Positions 24,894 to 34,811 of a stretch of DNA of 58,640 nucleotides are shown piece by piece (within the stretch, counting starts at the first letter, position 1; each line of letters starts with the position of its first letter). The notes beneath the pieces were generated by a model. The model saw only the letters and a program-made list of their open reading frames with translations. It was not told where the DNA came from and made no database searches. The stretch covers positions 1 to 58,640 of IMG/VR virus record IMGVR_UViG_3300009182_000072. One strand, given 5' to 3'. The translations under genes were made by a program, and so were the position numbers. The stretch comes from a virus (taxonomy: Duplodnaviria > Caudoviricetes).

Positions 24894-26249
24894 ATGTTTG
24901 AATTTTTAACTGAAATTTTAGGTGGGGAATCAAGAGGATTTGGCTCTGATAAAATTAGACATGCTGGAGATATTAATGTCGAGCAAATTAAGATAACATC
25001 TCTTAAGAGTGGTAAATCATTTAATGTAACAAATCAATTGCTGACGATTCAAATATATGAAGATATGTTTGCACCATTTATTTCTGGTTCTTTAATCTTT
25101 AGGGAATCTCTTGACTTTATTACCAACTTTCCTTTTATTGGAGAAGAGGTAGTAGATTTAAGAATTTTTACCCCTGGATACAATATAAATCGACGAGCCG
25201 ATGTAATAAATGCAAGGTTTTATATCTACAAAATATCTGATCGTGAAAAGTTGGCAGATAGAAATATGGTTTATCAACTTCACTTTGTTTCTGTTGAAGC
25301 TGTGACTGATCTTAATACAAAAATATCAAAGGCATTCGAAGGGAATATACGAGAGATAGTTCCATCTATAGTTGATACTTGGCTGCAGGGACCAACGCAA
25401 GATTTTAAGAAAAAGATGTTGTGCACTTTAGTTAGAAATAAAACAAAATATGTTTCTAATTTTTGGTCACCAGTTAAGAATTTAAATTATCTCGCAGAAC
25501 GTGCCCTTGATGCTTTAGGGAATCCAACATATATCTTTTTTGAAAATAGATATGGGTTTAATTTTATTTCTTTAGATGAGCTAAATTTTAAAAATCCTAT
25601 AGCAGGTTTCATAAACAATCAAGTCCAAGATAATGTAAAAGAAGGTGGTAGTGATGGTGGAGGATCTTCAAAAGATTTGAATAGTCAATATAAAACTATT
25701 AGAGACTTTCAAGTTATATCAAGTCAAAATTACATGGATAATGTTATGGGTGGAGCCTATGGTTCTAGTATAATGTTTTTTGATATAACTAAAAAGAAAT
25801 ATAAAAGACTTTCATATAAAGCACCTTCAAAATTTGGTCCTTTCGAGAAACACTTAAACTTAAGTCCTCTATATACATCAAAATTGCTTGCTACAAATAA
25901 AGGTGTTTTGTTTAATGATGTTGTACACTCAAAAATGTTTGGTGATCAATGGGATGATGTTACTAGTGTAACCATGAGACTTGAACGTATGTCCAGATTA
26001 AAATTAGCAGAGGCATTCAAAATTAATATTGTAGTTGCAGGAAAAACTGACTATACAGTTGGTCAAAAGGTTAGAATAAAAAGTTATAAAAGTGCTCCTG
26101 TGCGAGAACAAGATGGTGATGATGAAAACGTAGATTATACTATATCTGGATTTTATTTAATAGCTACCATCAATCATGTAATTGACCGAAAAAGTCACGA
26201 GTGTCATATGCAATTGATCAAAGATTCTTATCATGGGATAACTAACTAA
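24894..26249 (+). CDS. baseplate hub gp27-like protein
   Basis: IYEDMF...GEE, FFENRYGFNFISL, SGFYLI..INH; lies between 53 and 5. Confidence 0.7.
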   Translation: MFEFLTEILGGESRGFGSDKIRHAGDINVEQIKITSLKSGKSFNVTNQLLTIQIYEDMFAPFISGSLIFRESLDFITNFPFIGEEVVDLRIFTPGYNINRRADVINARFYIYKISDREKLADRNMVYQLHFVSVEAVTDLNTKISKAFEGNIREIVPSIVDTWLQGPTQDFKKKMLCTLVRNKTKYVSNFWSPVKNLNYLAERALDALGNPTYIFFENRYGFNFISLDELNFKNPIAGFINNQVQDNVKEGGSDGGGSSKDLNSQYKTIRDFQVISSQNYMDNVMGGAYGSSIMFFDITKKKYKRLSYKAPSKFGPFEKHLNLSPLYTSKLLATNKGVLFNDVVHSKMFGDQWDDVTSVTMRLERMSRLKLAEAFKINIVVAGKTDYTVGQKVRIKSYKSAPVREQDGDDENVDYTISGFYLIATINHVIDRKSHECHMQLIKDSYHGITN

Positions 26250-29200
26250 TGTTTAAAAAGTTTTATACTGGATGCGTAGAGGATAGAGATGATCCTCTAA
26301 AGGTTGGACGTTGTAAAGTTCGTGTCGTTGGTCTTCATACTGAAGACAAAACTGAACTTGCAACAAAGGATTTACCATGGGCTCAACCAGTCTTACCTAT
26401 TACTGAAGCAGGAACTTCTGGTGTTGGAAAAGCACCAGTTGGACCAGTTCCTGGTACATGGGTATTGGTTATGTTCATGGATGTGGACGAACAGATTCCA
26501 ATTATGATGGGAACTCTTACTGGAGTTTCTCAAAAGGAAGATGCCTTTGAGGGTAATAATATACAACAGCCATTAGTTGTTAATAATTATCAATTAGATG
26601 GTATTCTATCCCCAGCAGCTAATGCCCCAGTTCCACCACCAGCATCTACAGCAGCTGCAGGTTCAACAGATAAACTTCCACCTGGTAAAGTTGTAAGTAC
26701 AGAAAAGGTTCTTGGACCACTTGCTAAACTTGTTAAAACTGGTGATGCTGTTGCGGGTAGTTATGATACTTATACAAAATCAGCAAATAGCCCACAAGGA
26801 ACTTCTGCTATAGCTACTGGTGATGGTAATGTCAAATTGTCTAAGATGACAATTAAAGACATTATGGAGAAACAATCATTACCAGCTGGAAGCCCAGATA
26901 AACTTTCTTCAGTTGGTAAATACCAAATTGATCCAGTAACTTTAAAGAATGCAGTTCAATCACTTAATATTGATGTCAACCAATCATTCAGTGAGGCAAC
27001 TCAAGATCTTATTTGTCAAGAATATATTATCGCTCGTAAACGTCCGAAATTATTCGCATACTTTAAAGGCAAATCTAAAACTGATGACACGTTATTAAAA
27101 GGTGCTGGTGAGGCACTTGCTGCAGAGTTTCCTACATATGAAGATCCATATAATCTTGGATTCCCATTCGGTGGTGAAAAGGGTAACTATTATAAAAATG
27201 GTAATAAAGTTACTACTACTTGGTATACTGTTCAGAAAAATTTAATGCGTGAGTGGGAGTTTCGTAATGATCCAAAGAATCCTTCACCAACAGCTTCAAT
27301 TGCCGATGGCGACAAAGTTGAAAAGGGATCTGACTTTTCTGGTGTGAGAAAAGCATTACCTCCAGATGACTCAGATAAAACTCCACCAGAATCTTCTGCA
27401 GCAGCAGGTACTGATGTACCAAATGATAATCCAAACCCAGATGCTGCAGGTGATTTAGGAAACTTAGCAGATCTTGGTAGTGCATTTAGCCCAGCAGCAT
27501 TAACTGCTGTTGGTGATTTAAATAATCTTGGCTTAAAAGATCTTGGTAAACTAGGTGAACTTGGTGCAGTAATTGGTGAATTGGGCGCAGCTGGTCTTGC
27601 TAATCTAGATGCATCTTTACTATCAGTAATAACTAGTGTTCAAAATGAATTTGCAAATTTAACTAAATCAGTTAATCTAGATGGCGATATTAATAAAGTT
27701 TTAACAAGCACTGGAAATTCTAACAGCACTCTTTCTGAATTTGGAAATTCATTGAATGAAATTTCCTCAACCCTTGGTATTGATAATCCAAGTGGTACTG
27801 TTAGTGGATTAGTTGCTAACCTTGGACTTGCTTCAGCTGATCCAAAACTAATTATTAAAGAATTAGAAAAAATTTCTGGTTCTACTGCAGGACAAGCCAG
27901 AGCGTTAATGGTTAAATTAGAAGGTGAGCCATCTAAACCACAACCAGTTCCTATAGGTGAACTTAGACCAGATGGAACTATTAGTAATGGTAGTGATGTA
28001 GATTCAACAAAAGGATTCCAAGATCCTAATGGTGTATATCCAAAGTATAAAGAAGAGCAAGATACAAACCGACTTGCTTCTGGTAATAATCTTGGCAGAA
28101 CAATTGTTACTGAAAAACAAGCTGATTTAAAATCAGGAATTAGAATTGCCAATGGTGGAACTTGGAATTCGCCACCAGTTCCTTATGCTGGTGTATATCC
28201 ATATAATCATGTAACGCAATATGAGTGTGGACATGTATTGGAGTTTGATAATACACCAGAAGCAGAGCGTATTAATATTCATCACAAAGTTGGCACATTC
28301 ATTGAGATGGATGCTTCAGGAACTCAGGTTAATAGAATCATGGGTGATGGATATGAGATTATTGATCGAAATGGATTTATCTATATTAAAGGTGCATGCA
28401 ACTTAACAGTTGATGGTGCGTTAAATGTTCGTACCGATAACGTATTCAATCTTGAAATTTCTGGCGCAGCTAATATCAATGTATATAATGATGCTAATAT
28501 CAATGTCAGTGGTTCAACTAATATGGCTGTTGGTGGTGAGTTTAATCTTAAAGCAAATAAGATCAACTTGGAATCTGCTGGACAATTTAACATGATTTCT
28601 AAAACTGGATTTAATATAGAAGCTGGTGCGGATTTACATATTAAGACTGAAGGTAGTGCGTTTATTGGTGCTGACGGTAACATCAATAATAAATCTGGTG
28701 GTGGAATATTAATGCTAAGTGGTACTGATACAAATATTAAATCTGTTGGTCTGCTGAATATTCAAAGTACAGATAATATGAATCTTAAATCTGATCATCA
28801 AATGTATATTCAAAGTGAAGAAACTTTAAATATTAAATCTCGTGCAGATGCAGCTTTTGGTTCAAATGATGCATTAAGTATTATTTCTGGTGGACGAGTT
28901 GCAATTGACGGCGAAACATTAAAGATGCAGAATGGTCTTGCAGCTACACCAAATTCAGCAGACCCAGCTAAAACTGCAAAACCAGCAAGAGATGCGATAA
29001 GAACTGATTTAGAATTACCAATTGAAACACGTGGAACTTCTGGTGTTTCTCAGATTGCTGCTGCACCATTGGTAACTCGTAGTTCTGAAGTAGCGTTTGA
29101 AACACCAACTCAAAGTCCAGGTTCTGATTTAGCAGCATATAAAGCAGATAGAGTTGCTCAAAATCAAACATCAAAATCTGCAGATTCTGCAACTACGTTT

Positions 29201-29836
29201 GTTAAAGATACAGTTAAACCAACTGCTACCTCTGCAGCAACTGGTAAATCATCTGATGTCAGTACCATATTGAATATGTCAACTGATGCATTCAATGCTG
29301 GTATGAGATTATCAAAGAACTTTACTCTTGGTGATTTAACCATGGGTGGTGTACGTATTCCAAGAAGATCTTATCAGATGGCTGATGGTGAGATGCTTGC
29401 TCCGCAAGATATTGTTGCTAATCTAAAACGTCTCTGCGATAATATACTTGAGCCAATTGCTGAACTATATGGAAGAGATTCTTTCGTAATTACAAGTGGA
29501 TTTAGACGACCATCCCAGGGACCAAATGATGGTGGCGATTTGAATATTAAACTTGCGAATGGAACTTATCAGAAAGAAGGTGGAGATCATCCTGCTGGGC
29601 GTGCTGCCGATATTTCCTTCAAAGGTGGTAAAGCAGATACTCATAAGAAAGCTGGTGAGATTGTTAAGAAATTAGGTTCTTGGAATCAGGTTATTATGGA
29701 ATATGACAGAGGTGGTCAGGCATTCTGGATTCACTGTTCATACAGACAAACAGGGAATCAGGGTCATATGTTTACCATGAATAACCACCAAACTGTGGCA
29801 GGAACTTATCCTAAAAATGGATTTGCACTAGTATAA
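26249..29836 (+). CDS. 5: baseplate spike gp5: OB-fold, lysozyme-like domain, beta-helix, C-terminal peptidase M15
   Basis: GCVEDRDDPLKVGRCKVR; VGKYQIDPVTL; YPYNHV...GHVLEFDNTP..ERI; ITSGFR...HPAGRAAD...WIH. Confidence 0.92.
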   Translation: MFKKFYTGCVEDRDDPLKVGRCKVRVVGLHTEDKTELATKDLPWAQPVLPITEAGTSGVGKAPVGPVPGTWVLVMFMDVDEQIPIMMGTLTGVSQKEDAFEGNNIQQPLVVNNYQLDGILSPAANAPVPPPASTAAAGSTDKLPPGKVVSTEKVLGPLAKLVKTGDAVAGSYDTYTKSANSPQGTSAIATGDGNVKLSKMTIKDIMEKQSLPAGSPDKLSSVGKYQIDPVTLKNAVQSLNIDVNQSFSEATQDLICQEYIIARKRPKLFAYFKGKSKTDDTLLKGAGEALAAEFPTYEDPYNLGFPFGGEKGNYYKNGNKVTTTWYTVQKNLMREWEFRNDPKNPSPTASIADGDKVEKGSDFSGVRKALPPDDSDKTPPESSAAAGTDVPNDNPNPDAAGDLGNLADLGSAFSPAALTAVGDLNNLGLKDLGKLGELGAVIGELGAAGLANLDASLLSVITSVQNEFANLTKSVNLDGDINKVLTSTGNSNSTLSEFGNSLNEISSTLGIDNPSGTVSGLVANLGLASADPKLIIKELEKISGSTAGQARALMVKLEGEPSKPQPVPIGELRPDGTISNGSDVDSTKGFQDPNGVYPKYKEEQDTNRLASGNNLGRTIVTEKQADLKSGIRIANGGTWNSPPVPYAGVYPYNHVTQYECGHVLEFDNTPEAERINIHHKVGTFIEMDASGTQVNRIMGDGYEIIDRNGFIYIKGACNLTVDGALNVRTDNVFNLEISGAANINVYNDANINVSGSTNMAVGGEFNLKANKINLESAGQFNMISKTGFNIEAGADLHIKTEGSAFIGADGNINNKSGGGILMLSGTDTNIKSVGLLNIQSTDNMNLKSDHQMYIQSEETLNIKSRADAAFGSNDALSIISGGRVAIDGETLKMQNGLAATPNSADPAKTAKPARDAIRTDLELPIETRGTSGVSQIAAAPLVTRSSEVAFETPTQSPGSDLAAYKADRVAQNQTSKSADSATTFVKDTVKPTATSAATGKSSDVSTILNMSTDAFNAGMRLSKNFTLGDLTMGGVRIPRRSYQMADGEMLAPQDIVANLKRLCDNILEPIAELYGRDSFVITSGFRRPSQGPNDGGDLNIKLANGTYQKEGGDHPAGRAADISFKGGKADTHKKAGEIVKKLGSWNQVIMEYDRGGQAFWIHCSYRQTGNQGHMFTMNNHQTVAGTYPKNGFALV

Positions 29837-29850
29837 TTGCAGCACAATTC

Positions 29851-29857
29851 CTAAATA
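29851..29857 (+). promoter_or_regulatory. late promoter CTAAATA, 5 nt before the gene 25 ATG
   Basis: Same motif and spacing as before gene 2. Confidence 0.65.
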
Positions 29858-29862
29858 ATAAT

Positions 29863-30255
29863 ATGGCACACAATTCCCGAACATTCGTTGATATAGATTT
29901 AAATTTTATGGCTCATCCTGTCACTAAAGATGTGACAGTTAAGACTAATGAGCAAGCTATTAAATCCTCAATCCGAAATTTGATTTTAACGTCAAATTAC
30001 GAAAAACCATTTCACCCAGAGATCGGTTCACAGATAAATTCACTATTGTTTGAACCAGCTACTCCAATGCTACCCATTATGCTTAGGAAAGCAATAGAGT
30101 TTACAATTTATAACTTTGAACCAAGAGTTAGTCTTACAAATGTAGAGGCAATTGTATCTGAAGATGAAAACTCTATTGATGTAACCGTAGAGTTTGTAAT
30201 AATTAATACGAGTACCCCAGTGGCACTTGATCTAATACTTTATAGAACGAGATAA
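29863..30255 (+). CDS. 25: baseplate wedge gp25
   Basis: DIDLNF, AIKSSIRNLILT...EKPF.PEIGS..LLFE, FEPRV. Confidence 0.95.
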   Translation: MAHNSRTFVDIDLNFMAHPVTKDVTVKTNEQAIKSSIRNLILTSNYEKPFHPEIGSQINSLLFEPATPMLPIMLRKAIEFTIYNFEPRVSLTNVEAIVSEDENSIDVTVEFVIINTSTPVALDLILYRTR

Positions 30256-30258
30256 GAT

Positions 30259-32106
30259 ATGGCTATAGATAGCAAAAGAATTCAGGTCAGCGAATTAGAT
30301 TTTGACCAAATTAAAAGTAATCTAAAGAATTTCTTAAAGGGTCAAAATCAGTTTACTGATTATGATTTTGAAGGTTCAGGATTATCTGTTCTTCTAGATG
30401 TTCTTGCATACAATACTCACTATAACGCATTGTATACAAACTTAGCTGTAAACGAAATGTTTTTGGATTCAGCAAGTAAACGTGCAAGCGTAGTATCTCT
30501 TGCTAAAACTTTGGGTTATACTCCATCTTCAGTTAGATCTGCCAGAGCCATTGTTAATATGGCAGTAAGCAATCCAAATCAATCTCCATCGACATTGACA
30601 CTACCACAGTATAGTCCTTTCAGTACTGTTATTGGTAATTTAAATTATACATTCTATACTATATCTGAATATACAATTATTCCTGTAAATGGTACATATA
30701 CTTTCACTAACATAGAGTTAGTTGAAGGTAGTCCACTTTCTTTTTATTATACTGTTGCCACTGGTCAACAGTATATCATCCCAAATCAAAACGCTGATAT
30801 TTCAACTCTAAAGGTTCGTGTCCAAGAGTCATCAATATCAGATACCTTTACTACTTTTACTCCAGCAACTTCTTTAGTTCAACTAGCTTCAGATAGTAAT
30901 GTTTACTTTATTAAAGAAATTGATGGTGGATTATATGAACTTGTGTTTGGTGACACAATTATATCTGCTGGGCTAACCAATGGTAATGTCATTCACTTAG
31001 ACTATTTTGTTTCTGGTGGAGAAGTTGGTAATGGTGCACGTGAGTTTAGATATAATGGCATTTCTTTAATTGGTGGAAGTCCAATAGTTACTACTGTTGA
31101 TATTGGTGCAGGTGGTGTTGCTATTGAATCTATTGATAGTATTAAGTATAATGCACCAAGATTGTATGCTGCTCAAAATCGTGCAGTAACTCCTGATGAC
31201 TATAAAGCATTGATTTATGCTGCGTTCAATTATATTCAAGCAGTTTCTGTTTGGGGTGGTGAAGATAATACACCACCAGTTTATGGTAAGACTTACATTT
31301 GCGTAAAACCATATAACGCAAATAAGCTAACACTACAACAAAAATCTGATATAAAAACTACTTTGTTGGCATCCAGAAGTGTAGTATCAATTACACCAGA
31401 GATTGTTGATCCAGATTTCCTTAATATTGCATTGGATGTAACTGTTTATTACAATGATAGAAAAACTATTAGAACTGCATCTGAGATTGCAACAATCGTA
31501 ACGAATACTATTTTTAATTACGATAATGCTAAACTCCAAAGATTTGATGGAGTATTTCGTTTCTCAGAACTTAGTCGTTTGATTGATACTTCAGAACAAG
31601 CAATCGTAAGCAACATAACAACTGTATTGATGCGCAGAAAAGTAGCACCACGCTATAATGTTTCTGCAGAGTATACGCTAAATCTGATTAACCCAGTTTA
31701 TTCAGCTGGTGTGCCTGAAGGTGCTATTTCTTCAACTGGTTTCTATATCTATGGCAGTGAAGAAATCCACTATATTGAAGATGATGGAGTTGGTAATATT
31801 AGACTTTATTATAATGTAGTATCAACAAGCGCAACTGGTAGTACTAAATTTATTGTAAACCCAACTATCGGTACAATTGATTATGCCAATGGGTTGTTCA
31901 ATGTCAAGAACTTAAACATTACTGGTTTGGCTGATGTTGATTGGGAAATTACCTTTAAGCCACAATCAAATGATATTGTTTCTGCGTATACTCAAATTGC
32001 TGAAATTGCACGTGACCATTTAACTGTTATTGCAATTCCTGATAAAACTGCAAATGGTGACCTACGTGGTGGAAAGAATTATACATTTACTTCTAGCAGA
32101 AACTAA
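30259..32106 (+). CDS. 6: baseplate wedge gp6
   Basis: LDFDQIK, DYDFEGSGLSVLLDVLAYNTHY, AQNRAVT..DY, WGGED. Confidence 0.95.
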   Translation: MAIDSKRIQVSELDFDQIKSNLKNFLKGQNQFTDYDFEGSGLSVLLDVLAYNTHYNALYTNLAVNEMFLDSASKRASVVSLAKTLGYTPSSVRSARAIVNMAVSNPNQSPSTLTLPQYSPFSTVIGNLNYTFYTISEYTIIPVNGTYTFTNIELVEGSPLSFYYTVATGQQYIIPNQNADISTLKVRVQESSISDTFTTFTPATSLVQLASDSNVYFIKEIDGGLYELVFGDTIISAGLTNGNVIHLDYFVSGGEVGNGAREFRYNGISLIGGSPIVTTVDIGAGGVAIESIDSIKYNAPRLYAAQNRAVTPDDYKALIYAAFNYIQAVSVWGGEDNTPPVYGKTYICVKPYNANKLTLQQKSDIKTTLLASRSVVSITPEIVDPDFLNIALDVTVYYNDRKTIRTASEIATIVTNTIFNYDNAKLQRFDGVFRFSELSRLIDTSEQAIVSNITTVLMRRKVAPRYNVSAEYTLNLINPVYSAGVPEGAISSTGFYIYGSEEIHYIEDDGVGNIRLYYNVVSTSATGSTKFIVNPTIGTIDYANGLFNVKNLNITGLADVDWEITFKPQSNDIVSAYTQIAEIARDHLTVIAIPDKTANGDLRGGKNYTFTSSRN

Positions 32107-34316
32107 TGATTACCCGACCAAAAATCGCATCAGTACTTCCTTCTCAGGTTCCTGAGTTTGTAAGGGAAGACTATGGAACATTCATCGAATTCATAAAAGC
32201 ATATTATGAGTTTTTGGATCTAAATTATGATTCCCAATTTACAACACTGAGAGATTTAGATAATACTCTAGATTCATTCATTGAATACTTCAAGAATGAA
32301 GTTGCACATAATATTCCGTATACAGTTGTCAATGAAAGATTCTTATTAAGTAAGATGAAAGATCAGTACCTAGCAAAAGGTTCTGAAGCATCTTTTAAAC
32401 TACTGTTCAAAATTTTATTCAATAAAGAAGTTGTAGTTGATTATCCATCTAAACAAATTCTTCGTGCATCTGATGGCAAATGGAATCAAGACGTTTCCGT
32501 ATTTGTATATGTAAATGCTGGAAGCCCAGATGATGTTGTTGGTAAGATTGTTGATGTTGTAACTGCAACAAAGATTCTTCGTATTCAGGTTGATAAAAGA
32601 CAGTATGTTGAAATTGAAGTAGACAATGCTGTTCAAATCTCTGAACACATTTACGAATTGTTTATTGATCGTAGATTCTTTGGTAATATTAGTATTGGTG
32701 ATAAACTTCGTTACAGTGATGTATTTGATGCAACTGTTTTAGCAACTACATCAAAAGTTGAAGTTCAGCGTGCTGGTAAAAAATTCAAAGTTGGTGACTT
32801 ATATGAAGTTAAAAATGGACAGGGCGCAGGTTCTGTTTTAAAGGTTACTCGTGTAAGCGATGTTGGCGGTATTCAAGCACTTGAATTTGTTAAGTATGGA
32901 ATTGGATATACTACAGACTTTACTGCAACACTATTACCATATGGTGGGGTTTCTGCAACAAGTGCTGGTTCCACTGGTTTAGTTATTACAACACTCCCAA
33001 CTGTTCCATCTCCGCCATATCCAGGCACATCAATTGCATTCTCAGAAACTACAAATGGTTTCTTTGAACAAGGTACTATCAATACTACAAACTATAACGT
33101 AACCGCATATTGGGATGGTACTTATGTAGGTGAGACTGTTCGTGAATTCTTCGTTGATAACAAATATACAATTCTAGATGCAGATGAACCTGCAGTTATT
33201 AAAGTTACGCTAAATTCTCTGGCAAAATATCCAGGATACTATACAACAAATGATGGTTTCTTAGATGATGCTATTTTTATTCAAGATAGTAAATATTATC
33301 AGGCATTTGCTTATGTGCTTAAGATTGATGAGCGTCTAGATACATATCGTTCAGCAGTTAAAACATTGCTACATCCAGCTGGTATGGCACTGTTTGGTGA
33401 GTTTGATATTAGAAATGAATTTGACACTGGAACTACATTAGAATTCGCATTGAAGTATTTGGTAGTTGCTTTACAAGATGAACTGCAATCTACTGATGCT
33501 ATTTCTACTAAAGGTGTTACCAAAGCAATTGCTACTCAATACTTAAATGATGGGGTAACAGCGGACATTAATTCGGTAACTATAAGTTCTGAGACTGGTA
33601 CAAATAGTACTAGAACAGTACCTTATCTAGTTACATCAAAGGCTATATCTACTCATAAGTTGTATGATGGTGTGACTTCGGATACTAGTTCAGTTACAAT
33701 GAGTTCTGAGACTGGTACAAATAGTACAAGAACAGTACCTTATGCTAATATATCCAAACCTTTGGCAACTCACTTTTTAAATGATGGTACTACAGCAGAT
33801 ACTAGTTCTGTTACTCCATCAGAAGCAACAATATCTTATGGGTATAGTTCATTAACTAGAAATGGTATTAGTGTATTAACTAATACTAAGACATTAAACT
33901 CTCAGGTATATAATCATTATTTGTATGATGGTACAACATTAGATAGTGATTTATTTACGTTAAGTGATACCACAGGATCTAATAGTACAAGAACAGTACC
34001 TTATGCTGATATATCTAAGGCTATTGCTACACATTATTTAAACGATGGAGTTACTGCTGACACAAGTTCAGTGACAATGAGTTCTGAAACTGGTACTGAC
34101 AGCACAAGAACTGTTCCCTTTGTTGTCCTAAATAAATCATTGGCTACTCATTATTTAAATAATGGGATAACAGCAGATACGAGTTCAGTTACAGCAACTG
34201 GTAGTGGTGGTGGGATTTGGTTAAATTCATATAATGACCCATATCCAGCTAGCAGTTCATATTTTGCAAATGACAGTGGAAACTACATAGTAGGCGAATC
34301 TACTTTCACGGGATAA
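32106..34316 (+). CDS. 7: baseplate wedge initiator gp7 with C-terminal repeats
   Basis: QVPEFVRE, KGSEASFKLLF, ASDGKW, IQDSKYYQAFAY, LLHPAG. Confidence 0.85.
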   Translation: MITRPKIASVLPSQVPEFVREDYGTFIEFIKAYYEFLDLNYDSQFTTLRDLDNTLDSFIEYFKNEVAHNIPYTVVNERFLLSKMKDQYLAKGSEASFKLLFKILFNKEVVVDYPSKQILRASDGKWNQDVSVFVYVNAGSPDDVVGKIVDVVTATKILRIQVDKRQYVEIEVDNAVQISEHIYELFIDRRFFGNISIGDKLRYSDVFDATVLATTSKVEVQRAGKKFKVGDLYEVKNGQGAGSVLKVTRVSDVGGIQALEFVKYGIGYTTDFTATLLPYGGVSATSAGSTGLVITTLPTVPSPPYPGTSIAFSETTNGFFEQGTINTTNYNVTAYWDGTYVGETVREFFVDNKYTILDADEPAVIKVTLNSLAKYPGYYTTNDGFLDDAIFIQDSKYYQAFAYVLKIDERLDTYRSAVKTLLHPAGMALFGEFDIRNEFDTGTTLEFALKYLVVALQDELQSTDAISTKGVTKAIATQYLNDGVTADINSVTISSETGTNSTRTVPYLVTSKAISTHKLYDGVTSDTSSVTMSSETGTNSTRTVPYANISKPLATHFLNDGTTADTSSVTPSEATISYGYSSLTRNGISVLTNTKTLNSQVYNHYLYDGTTLDSDLFTLSDTTGSNSTRTVPYADISKAIATHYLNDGVTADTSSVTMSSETGTDSTRTVPFVVLNKSLATHYLNNGITADTSSVTATGSGGGIWLNSYNDPYPASSSYFANDSGNYIVGESTFTG
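33520..34200 (+). repeat. about 120-bp degenerate coding repeat, about 6 copies (HYLNDGVTADTSSVTMSSETGTNSTRTVPY)
   Basis: Repeated peptide in the gp7 C-terminus. Confidence 0.85.
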
Positions 34317-34335
34317 TTAATAAAAGGAGAATTTT

Positions 34336-34797
34336 ATGAATTTACAAGAAAACTTAGGAATCACAGGCGAGTTAACTATTTCTGTATTTGACAGAGATGG
34401 TAATTTAAAAGAAGCAAAGAAAGTACCCAATTTGGTTGTTACAGTTGGTAAGACTTATATTGCTGCTCGTATGGTTGGAACTGCGCAGTCAGTAATGAAT
34501 ACTATGGCGATCGGTACTGGTACTGGTACTCCAGCAGTTGGTGACACCGCATTGGGAACATCAGCTGGTCGTGTTGCTACTAGTTCATTCACTGCTTCTA
34601 CCAATACTGTTACTGCAACAGCAACTTTCCCAGCTGGTACTGGTACTGGCGCAATTACTGAAGCTGGTATTTTTAATCCAACTACTGCTGGTGGTACTGA
34701 TGGAACAAACTCAATGTTATGTCGTACAACTTTCCCAGTTGTTAATAAAGCAGCTGGTGATTCTATCGCAATCACTTGGGTTATTACAGTAAGTTAA
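34336..34797 (+). CDS. tail/baseplate structural protein
   Basis: NLVVTVG...MAIGTG...ITEAGIF...FPVVNK...ITWVIT; AAGGAG SD. Confidence 0.75.
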   Translation: MNLQENLGITGELTISVFDRDGNLKEAKKVPNLVVTVGKTYIAARMVGTAQSVMNTMAIGTGTGTPAVGDTALGTSAGRVATSSFTASTNTVTATATFPAGTGTGAITEAGIFNPTTAGGTDGTNSMLCRTTFPVVNKAAGDSIAITWVITVS

Positions 34798-34811
34798 TTT
34801 TCGGATAAAAC

